Made by a program: the position numbers and the translations under genes. DNA of 64,000 nucleotides from a bacterium (GTDB taxonomy: Bacteria; Patescibacteriota; Dojkabacteria; SC72): positions 137,799 to 201,798 of the forward strand of contig JAJTYH010000002.1 in assembly GCA_021463465.1 (NCBI GenBank), read 5' to 3'. The notes beneath the pieces were generated by a model that had not been told where the DNA came from, ran no database searches, and saw nothing but the letters and a program-made list of their open reading frames with translations. Below are positions 9,413 to 18,265 of this stretch, one piece after another (the first letter of the stretch is position 1; each line of letters starts with the position of its first letter).

Positions 9413-11907
9413 TGAAAGTCTCTCTTGAAAGCATAAAAAAACTCACCCCAATCTCGGTACCTATTGATGACCTTATTGCCAAAGTCTTTACCCAAATAGG
9501 GGCTGTCGAACATATTCAAGATCTATCCAAAAAATATGAAGGTACGTTAGTAGCAAAGATTATTCAGAAAAGGGCACACCCTGACTCAGACAAACTCGGA
9601 GTATATATGGTCGATATTGGAAGCGATACTTTGGTACAAGTGGTAGCAGGAGATAAAACACTAAATGAAGGTGATATGGTGGCATACTTTTCTCTTGGCG
9701 CAAAACTCCCATATAACGCCAGCCCTGAAAAGAACGAAGATGTAGTGAAAAAAGTAAAGCTTCGAGGTGTAGATTCAGAAGGGATGATGGCTTCAGCTAA
9801 AGAATTGGATCTTTCAAACGATCATACTAAAATCATGAGACTCGATACAGATTTACCAACTGGCTCCCTCTTCGCCAAGGCATATGGAATGGAAGATACC
9901 CTAATTGAGATCGAGAATAAAGCAATTGCCAATCGAGCAGATTGCTTCGGTCTTTTGGGGATTGCTCGGGAGATTGCCGCAATACAAAGAACCCTTTTTG
10001 AAAGTCCAAAATGGTATAGCGATCCTCAGACCAATAAACCGGAAGAAGGTAAAAAGTACACGCTCGAAGTCGATAACCAAAATCAAATAAATTGCCCCCG
10101 ATACATGGGTGTGATCATTGAGAATGTGAAAGTCGATCAATCCCCAATGTGGCTCAAAGTCGAGTTAGCCAAGGCCGGAATCAAACCGATTAATAATGTC
10201 GTAGATGTAACTAACTACCTAATGCACCTTACCTCACAACCTCTTCATGCTTTCGATTTTGATAAAGTATCAGCAGGAGACAGTGAAGGTAGAGGATGTA
10301 AAATCGTCGTCAGACAAGCTAAAAGCGGTGAAAACGTCTTAGGAATAAATGGTAAGGTTCTTGAGCTGGATGAGAGTATGACTGCAATCTGTGACAGTCG
10401 CACACCTATTGCTATAGCAGGAATAATTGGTGGAGCACAAACAGAAGTGGGTGATAATACCCAAACCATAATTTTGGAGTGCGCGAATTTCAATAGATAT
10501 AATATCCGAAAGACCTCATGGAAGTTGGGACTTTTCACTGATGCCGCAACTAGATACACCAAAGCTCAAAGTCCGAGCAATTGCGAACCCGTACTCTATC
10601 AAGCAATTAAACTAATATCAGAACTTACTGGAGGAAGTGTTGCTTCAAATATCGCTGATGTATATCCAGAGCCTAAAATGCAAAAAGAGCTTCGATTAGA
10701 TATCAATCGATTCAACAAAGTGTCAGGGCTGAATATTTCTAAAACAGAGATAGTAGAGATTCTGAAGGGGATTGAATACGGTGTGAAAGAAATAGATGGT
10801 TCGATTAAACTAGGTATTCCTCTATTTAGAGAAGATGTGAATATCATAGAAGATGTATACGAAGACATTGAAAGAATCTACGGATTTAATGCTATTGAAG
10901 TAACTCTTCCCAAAAAATCATTACTCCCTGCAAAAAATAATAGAGTTTTGGATTTCAAACGCAAAGTCAGGTCACTGCTTGCTTCATTGGGTGCTAATGA
11001 GGTCTTAACTTACAACTTCGTAAGTAATAATGACCTTACAGACTTTGGACTTGATTTGAATCAGGCATTTCATCTTAAAAATTCTCTTTCCCCAGAGCTG
11101 GAATTCATGAGGATAAATCTCTTACCTTCACTACTTAACAAGATGTCTGAGAATATTAATCGAGGATATAGCAACCAGACCCTATTTGAAATCAATATTG
11201 GACACAATCAAACTGAAAAAGATAAAGAAGGATTACCTCTTGAGAGATGGACAGTGGCACTGGTGACAGCCCAAGGCAATGTCGAATCTAATGCGTCATC
11301 ATATTATGATGTAAAAGTATATCTTGATCAGATCCAGAAGAAACTAAACTTGAAACAACTTGATTACACTTTACTTGCTGATACTGATAGTACTTCGCTT
11401 CCACAATGGATCAAAATACAAAGCAATCAATATAATATGAACCGATCAGCCATCGTTACATACAACCAGGAAGCTAAGAAGATATTTGTCGGATTAATCG
11501 GCGAAATATCCAACCAGGTCAGATATACTCGAGGACTACCAATTTCATCTGCCGGTTTTGAGTTGGACCTTGAAGCCCTTTACAACGGTATTAGTGATAG
11601 AAGCAGATATCAGGAACCTTCTAAGTACCCTAAAATATCCCAAGATTTATGTTTTGTTACGACTAAGGCAGTCCCATATCTGGAAATGCTCATTGAGATA
11701 GAGCAGGTACTTAAAGCAACACGAATGTACTACGAGGTGGAACCAGTTGATATATATTCCTCGGAAAAGGATCCTAAAAATAAGCAGGTTACTTTCAGAG
11801 TTAGTCTTCAAAGCCACGATAAAACATTACAGACTCAAGAGTACGACAAGGTAAAGGAGAAACTTGAGTATGTGATGAATGAAAAATTCCAGGCGAAGTT
11901 GGTTTAG
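9412..11907 (+). CDS. pheT: Phenylalanyl-tRNA synthetase beta subunit
   Basis: N-terminal tRNA-binding domain (KIIQKRAHPDSDKLGVYMVDIG), then B3/4 and B5 domains. Sits in the conserved thrS-infC-rpmI-rplT-pheST arrangement. Confidence 0.9.
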   Translation: MKVSLESIKKLTPISVPIDDLIAKVFTQIGAVEHIQDLSKKYEGTLVAKIIQKRAHPDSDKLGVYMVDIGSDTLVQVVAGDKTLNEGDMVAYFSLGAKLPYNASPEKNEDVVKKVKLRGVDSEGMMASAKELDLSNDHTKIMRLDTDLPTGSLFAKAYGMEDTLIEIENKAIANRADCFGLLGIAREIAAIQRTLFESPKWYSDPQTNKPEEGKKYTLEVDNQNQINCPRYMGVIIENVKVDQSPMWLKVELAKAGIKPINNVVDVTNYLMHLTSQPLHAFDFDKVSAGDSEGRGCKIVVRQAKSGENVLGINGKVLELDESMTAICDSRTPIAIAGIIGGAQTEVGDNTQTIILECANFNRYNIRKTSWKLGLFTDAATRYTKAQSPSNCEPVLYQAIKLISELTGGSVASNIADVYPEPKMQKELRLDINRFNKVSGLNISKTEIVEILKGIEYGVKEIDGSIKLGIPLFREDVNIIEDVYEDIERIYGFNAIEVTLPKKSLLPAKNNRVLDFKRKVRSLLASLGANEVLTYNFVSNNDLTDFGLDLNQAFHLKNSLSPELEFMRINLLPSLLNKMSENINRGYSNQTLFEINIGHNQTEKDKEGLPLERWTVALVTAQGNVESNASSYYDVKVYLDQIQKKLNLKQLDYTLLADTDSTSLPQWIKIQSNQYNMNRSAIVTYNQEAKKIFVGLIGEISNQVRYTRGLPISSAGFELDLEALYNGISDRSRYQEPSKYPKISQDLCFVTTKAVPYLEMLIEIEQVLKATRMYYEVEPVDIYSSEKDPKNKQVTFRVSLQSHDKTLQTQEYDKVKEKLEYVMNEKFQAKLV

Positions 11908-14840
11908 TAATTGATTTTAAAATTCACACTATTGCTGTAGAACATCGAGATTCCTTTAAGTGCTCTAGCAATTAGTTGATAGTCAGAATTATTGTGAGGA
12001 GCGGAGCTATCGTTGAAAGCGACTGACCACCCATCTCCACCATTGGTATCTGTCAATAACTTACTATACCCACCGGGACCTGTTAGAATAAATTCGACTT
12101 TAGAAATACCCGCACCAATAGACGCGGCTGAGAAATTAGTAGGCAGAGATATTACCTCCGACCCAGAAGATGGACTAATCATTGTCAGGGAAACAGTACT
12201 ATTTGAAACATTAACAACAATTGTAGAGCTACTAGTTTTCCCATCGGAGCTATACACTATCGCAGTAATGTTATGCGAACCAGCAGATGTACCAGAGGGA
12301 ATCTCATATGGAGAAGCGTATGGTGCAGACGTATCAGAAGCTATTACACTACCATCAAACAGAAACTCTACCTTGGTAATTGGAGCCCCAGCGTTAGCGA
12401 AAGCACTAATGTCTATCGTTGAACCAGCATAGACAGTTTCATTATTACTAGGCGAAGAAATCTGAACAGTAGGATTATCACCATCTAAAGGTAGTTTACA
12501 TTCAGCTTCTTCTGGCTTGGTAAAGGTATATGAATTATTTTTAGTCAAATACTTTTCATAGTTGGTCTGCTGCAAAGTGTTTTCGAGTTTCTTATCCAAA
12601 AAAATCTTATCGTTGACTAATCCATAGTTCTTAGCAAATTCGGCATTGGTGGATAACTTTCCAGAATCTTTACAAATGTATATTTTGGTTCGTCCATCAC
12701 TCTTTGGGGACTTACCGGAAACATAAATAGTAGGAACCTTCTTACATGAGCTATCTTTTCCAGCGCTTTCCCCCGTATCGTTACAAACAGTACCTGCAAT
12801 AATGCCAGTGGGTCTATTGAACGGTTCTGGCTTATATTTCCCAGCCATCTTCGTCATAAATGATCCTGCAATAGGCAAAGGGACAGTAGTACTCCAAGCA
12901 CCTGGAGTTTCAGTATTATCATTATTACCTGCCCATACACCAACAACTAATGATTTAGAATACATGAACGAGGTTAAATCTTTAGGACCATCTGTGGTAC
13001 CCGTCTTACCGCAGAAAGTTCTTCTCCCATTTAACATGTAATTCCTATTCTCTGGCTGATCACCAAATCCTCCCAAATCACAAAGTATCCAGTTGAGCAT
13101 GTAAATCTCTTTCTCGTCCCAGATTCTTTTGCCAGGATTATCTTTTTTAGCTAGAATAACTTCACCCGCTGAGTTTTTTACTTCCAAAATTGCTCTTGTA
13201 CCATGTTTTATTCCCCCTGTAGCAAATGTTGCATAGGCATTAGCATGCTCCAGTAGTTTCATCTCAGCTGCTCCCAGAGTAAGACTGAGTCCGTATCTAC
13301 TTGGTTCCGTCAGAGTAGTAATTCCAAAAGTTTCAGCTGTCTTGATAAAGTTTTCCACTCCAATTAACTGCATTGTATATACGGCAGGAAGATTTCTGGA
13401 TTGAATAAGTCCTTGTCTTGCTGTCATAGGACCGTAATACTTGCCATCCCAGTTCTTCAACTTATAATTTCCAAAATTAAGCTGAATATCTGGTGTTTCT
13501 AACCATGGGCCATACCCCTGACCAAATGCCGTCAGATAAGTGTAAGGCTTAACTGAAGATCCCATCTGCCGAGGACTAATAGTAATATTTACATTTCCAT
13601 CAATCTTAGGATTTTTAGAATAGTAGTTAATAGAACCTACCATTGCAAGAATATCACCAGTTTTGGGATCCATCGCAACCATAGCGCCATTGTTAACATT
13701 GTATCTTTTACCTTTCGAGGCTATCCCTTCTTTAACCTCTTTCTCAGCTAGTTTTTGCATAGAATAATCAAGGGTAGTCTTTACCTTGAGTCCACCGTGA
13801 ATTACCTGATCTGGACCATAAAGCTCATCTAGCTCTTTTTTCACATAGAAAACAAAATGAGGAGCTTTTATATCGACGTTGACTGATTTATAAACAAGTT
13901 TTTCTGCCAAAGCTTTGTCTACGTCCTCCTGTGTCACACCTGTAAAATCACTATGGCGAAGCATTTGATTTAATACATACTTCTGACGCTCTTTAGCTAA
14001 TTCAGGGTTTGTACCACCGATAGGAGCATAAACACTTGGGGTTTGAATAAGACCTGCAAGCAAAGCACTTTCAGCTAGGGTCAACTGTCGTACATCCTTT
14101 CCAAAGTATGCCTTAGATGCCGATTGAAAACCGTAGTTTACACCTCCCATAAACACCTCGTTCATATAAAGCTGCAAAATCTCGTCCTTACTCAACTTCT
14201 GCTCCATCTGCATAGTAGTCAGCCACTCTTTGAGTTTTCGCGTCGCAGTTCTTTCATAGGCTTGAGTTCCTAAACTATCTTTCAAGATTGTATTTCTGAT
14301 AAGCTGCTGCGAAATCGTACTACCACCAGATACATACGTACCCGTAGTCAACTTCTGGAATACTGCACGAACAATGGCTGTAATATCTAAACCCTTATGC
14401 TGATAAAATTCCGCATCTTCCGCTGAAAGTAATGCCCACTTAGTATGGCTAGGAATATCCTCTAATTTCACAAACTCACGATTCTCCTCGCCATAAAAGG
14501 TATACAACAAAGTACCATGTCTATCAAAGATTTGTGTACTCAATTTAGCATCTCTCTCTACTAATTTTTCAGGGTCAGGTAACGAACGTTCCAAATTTTT
14601 AAGATAAATAGAGAGCACCACCAAACCTATTGCGCTCAGAAAAACCCCGACTCCAAATAAAATAACCAAGAACTTTGATAAACTCTGTTTGAAACTGCTG
14701 GCTTTCTTATTTTTACCACCCGTCACCGGTTTACTGGTCGCTCTAGGCCTTGCTTTAGAACCTGCAAAATACAGCCCTGAAGGACGTTTTTGCTGAAATG
14801 TTTTAGAACCTTTTTGAGTTAAACCGACTCGATATCTCAT
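11904..14840 (-). CDS. Bifunctional class A penicillin-binding protein (glycosyltransferase GT51 + transpeptidase) with basic cytoplasmic N-tail and C-terminal Ig-like domains
   Basis: GT51 motifs (SAEDAEFYQHKGLD, GGSTISQQLIRN), transpeptidase KTGTTDG, N-terminal TM. The C-terminal ~250 aa is Thr/Ser-rich and looks beta-sandwich-like. Confidence 0.85.
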   Translation of the reverse strand: MRYRVGLTQKGSKTFQQKRPSGLYFAGSKARPRATSKPVTGGKNKKASSFKQSLSKFLVILFGVGVFLSAIGLVVLSIYLKNLERSLPDPEKLVERDAKLSTQIFDRHGTLLYTFYGEENREFVKLEDIPSHTKWALLSAEDAEFYQHKGLDITAIVRAVFQKLTTGTYVSGGSTISQQLIRNTILKDSLGTQAYERTATRKLKEWLTTMQMEQKLSKDEILQLYMNEVFMGGVNYGFQSASKAYFGKDVRQLTLAESALLAGLIQTPSVYAPIGGTNPELAKERQKYVLNQMLRHSDFTGVTQEDVDKALAEKLVYKSVNVDIKAPHFVFYVKKELDELYGPDQVIHGGLKVKTTLDYSMQKLAEKEVKEGIASKGKRYNVNNGAMVAMDPKTGDILAMVGSINYYSKNPKIDGNVNITISPRQMGSSVKPYTYLTAFGQGYGPWLETPDIQLNFGNYKLKNWDGKYYGPMTARQGLIQSRNLPAVYTMQLIGVENFIKTAETFGITTLTEPSRYGLSLTLGAAEMKLLEHANAYATFATGGIKHGTRAILEVKNSAGEVILAKKDNPGKRIWDEKEIYMLNWILCDLGGFGDQPENRNYMLNGRRTFCGKTGTTDGPKDLTSFMYSKSLVVGVWAGNNDNTETPGAWSTTVPLPIAGSFMTKMAGKYKPEPFNRPTGIIAGTVCNDTGESAGKDSSCKKVPTIYVSGKSPKSDGRTKIYICKDSGKLSTNAEFAKNYGLVNDKIFLDKKLENTLQQTNYEKYLTKNNSYTFTKPEEAECKLPLDGDNPTVQISSPSNNETVYAGSTIDISAFANAGAPITKVEFLFDGSVIASDTSAPYASPYEIPSGTSAGSHNITAIVYSSDGKTSSSTIVVNVSNSTVSLTMISPSSGSEVISLPTNFSAASIGAGISKVEFILTGPGGYSKLLTDTNGGDGWSVAFNDSSAPHNNSDYQLIARALKGISMFYSNSVNFKINY

Positions 14841-14854
14841 ATCCTCTAATTATA

Positions 14855-15583
14855 TCAATTTGTGGAAGAATAGCTAAGATAGTACTTCTCGTACCGTTTA
14901 AAGTTCTTTTGCACTGAAATCCAGAGCCAATAGCCAATAAAAACCATAAAAACAGCAAAAATCGCATCCAGAATAGTATTAATAATAGCGGGTAGATTAA
15001 ATCCTACTACCAGTTTAGCGATAAAATAGATTATAAAAGCAAAAACGAAGTATAGCACCGTCTTTTGATTAAAAGTGCTGAAATAGCCAGCCAACATCTC
15101 CAGCAGTAACTCGTTTTCCTTTTTTTTGTTGGTAACATTGATTAATAGCTGAGCTAAAGCCCAAGTTTTATAGCTTTTTTGAATAGTGAAATGCTCACGC
15201 AATAAGAAATATTTAGGGACTTGCATACTCTCGTTAAGACTGAGTCGAGTAAGTCCTTCATCTTCCTTTAACTTCTCTAGCTCCATTTTTCTGTCAAAAG
15301 AGTAGGAGCTAGTTGGTTCTATAACGACTTTTGACAAATCAAACTGAGGTTGATTACCTATTAATCCAATCTCTAAATCGCTCAGGTTATAAACTTCAAT
15401 TGCCTCATCAAAAGCAAAAAGTAGATGCTTATCAGTAATATAAAAATTAGGAGTTGAGAAATCTACGATACGGTAATCTAGCGGAACAACCGAAAAAGTA
15501 TAGATAATATCCTCATCTTTCTCGAGCAATTTTTTGATATTTTCAAGTTGAGAAATTGTAATATCACTTCTTAATCCTCGCAT
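14855..15583 (-). CDS. Hypothetical membrane protein (N-terminal soluble domain + 2-3 C-terminal TM helices)
   Basis: ORF only; hydrophobic C-terminal segments; TGA stop. Confidence 0.35.
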   Translation of the reverse strand: MRGLRSDITISQLENIKKLLEKDEDIIYTFSVVPLDYRIVDFSTPNFYITDKHLLFAFDEAIEVYNLSDLEIGLIGNQPQFDLSKVVIEPTSSYSFDRKMELEKLKEDEGLTRLSLNESMQVPKYFLLREHFTIQKSYKTWALAQLLINVTNKKKENELLLEMLAGYFSTFNQKTVLYFVFAFIIYFIAKLVVGFNLPAIINTILDAIFAVFMVFIGYWLWISVQKNFKRYEKYYLSYSSTN

Positions 15584-15620
15584 ATTTCATCATATGGTAT
15601 TTGAATGGACACGGCAAGAA

Positions 15621-16088
15621 TCAAACATCTAACCTTTCACCAACCTCGATCTCAGAGGGATCAAACATCAAAGGAAGCTTTTCCCTCAAAGTTGGAAATG
15701 TTTCGCAGCACTCTATTAAATGTTGCAAGACTCGCTCCTTTTCTGAAGGATTAACACCTTTTATTATGGCAAACTGCTCCGCTAAATGTTCACCAAACTC
15801 TTTTGCAGTTTCAGAATCTAAGATAGTGTTCTGATCCTGAACAATTATAACTTGAGGACCAGAATATATCTCATATTTTTCAAAAATAAGACCATTATTT
15901 ACGGTACATACAATTTCATTTTCATCGAGAGAACTTAATATCCGAGTGAATTCACAAGTCCATTTATCAAAACGAAAGTTAGCTCTATTTACTCGGCAAA
16001 GATGAACTCCTTTTCTTCCAAACATTATACCTTTAACGAGTACTAACGAATCTACGGGGGTATTTAAAACTGGTAATGTGACTGCCAT
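15621..16088 (-). CDS. Hypothetical protein
   Basis: ORF only; no recognizable motif. Confidence 0.35.
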   Translation of the reverse strand: MAVTLPVLNTPVDSLVLVKGIMFGRKGVHLCRVNRANFRFDKWTCEFTRILSSLDENEIVCTVNNGLIFEKYEIYSGPQVIIVQDQNTILDSETAKEFGEHLAEQFAIIKGVNPSEKERVLQHLIECCETFPTLREKLPLMFDPSEIEVGERLDV

Positions 16089-16121
16089 TGCGTAAGAAAA
16101 ACACTGGTTTAATCAATGATT

Positions 16122-16151
16122 ATAACATTTTTTGGGAATCTCTGATATAAT
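16122..16151 (+). promoter_or_regulatory. Candidate sigma70-type promoter with extended -10 (TGATATAAT), weak -35 (ATAACA), 18-nt spacer, facing hisS
   Basis: Sequence ATAACA-N18-TATAAT with TG at -15/-14; sits in the divergent intergenic region. Confidence 0.35.
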
Positions 16152-16160
16152 CAATCTATT

Positions 16161-16208
16161 ATGAGAAAAACATATATGACAGCATTGCATCATCACATGG
16201 GACACTGA
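16161..16208 (+). promoter_or_regulatory. His-codon-rich leader mini-ORF (MRKTYMTALHHHMGH* or MTALHHHMGH* from 16176) in the hisS 5' leader
   Basis: ATG AGA AAA ACA TAT ATG ACA GCA TTG CAT CAT CAC ATG GGA CAC TGA. Three consecutive plus one more His codons, just downstream of the promoter and upstream of a terminator hairpin. Confidence 0.45.
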
Positions 16209-16235
16209 GTCGTCTTGTGTTTTGACATATATACA

Positions 16236-16258
16236 AGCCGGCGAAAGCCGGTTTTTTA
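16236..16258 (+). terminator. Intrinsic terminator/attenuator hairpin (GCCGGC-GAAA-GCCGGT + T6) 24 nt upstream of the hisS ATG
   Basis: 6-7 bp GC stem, GAAA tetraloop and TTTTTT run on the + strand. It lies inside the hisS leader, not at the end of a + strand gene. Confidence 0.55.
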
Positions 16259-16281
16259 TTTAATTTTGATATACTGAAAAA

Positions 16282-17556
16282 ATGAAAACATACAAATTAA
16301 CAACTCAACCGTATAAAGGTACTAACGATTACTATCCAAAGGATATGTATAAGCGCAATATACTATTTGATATCTGGAAAGAAACCGCTATTGAATTCGG
16401 TTATGAAGAGTATGACACACCACTGCTCGAAGAAGCTGATCTTTACCGGGCTAAGTCTGGAGAAGAGTTAGCGAATACACAGCTTTACAATTTCACGGAT
16501 AAAGGTGGAAGAGAAGTCGCAATCAGACCTGAGATGACTCCATCACTAGCTCGCATGGTCGCAGCCAGAATAAACGAGCTTCCTAAACCAATCCGTTGGT
16601 TTAACATTGGTAAATATTATCGCTATGAAAAGCCTCAGAGAGGGCGTACCAGAGAATTTTTCCAATTAAATATCGACATATTAGGACTCGAGACTATCAA
16701 TGCTGAGGTGGAAATCTTCCAATTTATTAATCGCGTAATGGAGAAGCTTAAAGCCCCTAAAGAATCCTGGTGTATCTACATGAACAACAGGTATCTTATG
16801 GACTATTTTTTTAACGAAGTGCTCAATGTATCAGATGATTTAAAACCAAAGCTTTCCAGAGCAATTGATAATTACACGAAACTAGAAGCAAAAGACTTCA
16901 AAGAATACTTAAAAGATTTTGGAATGGATAAAAAACAGGTGGATTCACTCTTAAAGTTCTTAAAATCAACTTCTTCGGATTTAGCTCAATTGGCTAAAGT
17001 AAACAAAGGCGCTAAAGACTTGTCTGAAATCTTAGCCAAGTGTGATGCATTAGGAATAACCAATGTACAGTTCAAACCATATATCATGAGAGGAATAGCA
17101 TATTATACTGGTACCGTAATAGAGCTATTTGATGTTGGTAGTAAAGATAATCCAAGAGCACTTTTTGGAGGAGGACGATATGATGATTTGCTCACAATCT
17201 TTAATAAACCGACAATTCCAGCCTTTGGACTAGGATGGGGCAACATAACCACTGAAAACTTCATAGAAACCTACAATCTATTCCCAACGTACAAAAGTTC
17301 TACGCAAGTTTATGTTACTCTAGGAGATATAGGACAGTTAGAAGGATCGAGTTTAGTTGCTTTGGCATTAAGAAAAAGAGGGGTCAAAGTTGAACAGCAA
17401 TTAAAAGTATCAAATCTTGCAAGGCAAATCGAATATGCCAGTAAAAAAGGCATTCCCTATGTTCTTTTTGTAAATGATGCACAAATTGAAATAAAAAATC
17501 TGGAGAAAGGAACCCAAAAGCGTGTAAGTATTGATGAAATAGTAAAAATTGTGTAA
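16282..17556 (+). CDS. hisS: Histidyl-tRNA synthetase
   Basis: Class II motifs: AIRPEMTPSLARMVAAR, FQLNIDILG, GGGRYDDL. Confidence 0.9.
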   Translation: MKTYKLTTQPYKGTNDYYPKDMYKRNILFDIWKETAIEFGYEEYDTPLLEEADLYRAKSGEELANTQLYNFTDKGGREVAIRPEMTPSLARMVAARINELPKPIRWFNIGKYYRYEKPQRGRTREFFQLNIDILGLETINAEVEIFQFINRVMEKLKAPKESWCIYMNNRYLMDYFFNEVLNVSDDLKPKLSRAIDNYTKLEAKDFKEYLKDFGMDKKQVDSLLKFLKSTSSDLAQLAKVNKGAKDLSEILAKCDALGITNVQFKPYIMRGIAYYTGTVIELFDVGSKDNPRALFGGGRYDDLLTIFNKPTIPAFGLGWGNITTENFIETYNLFPTYKSSTQVYVTLGDIGQLEGSSLVALALRKRGVKVEQQLKVSNLARQIEYASKKGIPYVLFVNDAQIEIKNLEKGTQKRVSIDEIVKIV

Positions 17557-17590
17557 TAATTTTGTAATAAGGGTGTGAGATAAAGGTAGT

Positions 17591-18265
17591 ATGGAGGTCC
17601 TAAAGGACATTCTGGTGGTACAAGAAGAGAGTAAGCTTACCCAACTAATCGTAAAGTGTCTTGTTGACGACTTCAAAGTAGTACATACCTTAAGCATTCT
17701 CAAAGCTTTTAGACTTTTAGAAGAAAGACACTTTGATCTAATTATTCTCAATACAAGGAGTAGCAACGGGAACACAATAGAATTGTGCCGAAGAGTAAAG
17801 TTGGAAAGTAATACCAAAGTGTTCTTCGTATCAAGTTGCAACGATATCAATGTTAAAGAGCTTTGCTTCGAGACTGGTGCAGATGATTATGTATGCACTC
17901 CCTTCTACCCAAGAGAACTTAATTTAAGAATCAAACGCATCTTGAACATCTACGAAATAAAGCGCAAGAAGATAATCGAGAGTAGGGGATTGCAATTACA
18001 TGTCGAGACCAAAGCTTTGAAATTCCACAACTGCACAGTATTTTTATCTCCTACAGAATTTCTACTGCTGGAGTATATGATCCAACACAATAGGTTCTAC
18101 AAAACCGAAGGTCTGCTCAACTATATTACAACTAAAAAGAATAAAGAAATGAGTAATGGAGCACTATTAGTAATGATACAAAGATTAAGAGAGAAATTGG
18201 AGAAGGGAACGGGGATGCAGTTAATTAAAACCAGGTATGGTTTAGGCTACTACATATCACTTTAA
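17591..18265 (+). CDS. OmpR/PhoB-family winged-helix regulator with degenerate (phosphorylation-incompetent) receiver domain
   Basis: Receiver fold present but: DD pocket reads QEES, phospho-acceptor position is Asn (DLIILN), conserved Lys is Cys (ADDYVCTPF). The C-terminal OmpR wHTH (LSPTEFLLLEYM...RLREKL...IKTRYGLGYYI) is intact. No adjacent histidine kinase. Confidence 0.7.
   Translation: MEVLKDILVVQEESKLTQLIVKCLVDDFKVVHTLSILKAFRLLEERHFDLIILNTRSSNGNTIELCRRVKLESNTKVFFVSSCNDINVKELCFETGADDYVCTPFYPRELNLRIKRILNIYEIKRKKIIESRGLQLHVETKALKFHNCTVFLSPTEFLLLEYMIQHNRFYKTEGLLNYITTKKNKEMSNGALLVMIQRLREKLEKGTGMQLIKTRYGLGYYISL

Noticed and set aside
12013-12432. Antisense ORFs inside PBP1A, mutS, PEP-synthase-like and other long genes (e.g. 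12013..12432, 19686..19925, 21154..21369)
   Set aside because: Embedded in the opposite strand of well-supported conserved genes; no independent signals.
15601-15834. TTG-initiated 77-aa ORF overlapping the minus-strand gene 15621..16088
   Set aside because: Entirely antisense to a longer ORF, low-complexity, no RBS; judged spurious.
16089-16281. T-box riboswitch upstream of hisS
   Set aside because: No T-box consensus (AATTAGGGTGGNACCGCG-like) or specifier-loop architecture. The leader instead has a His-rich mini-ORF plus terminator.
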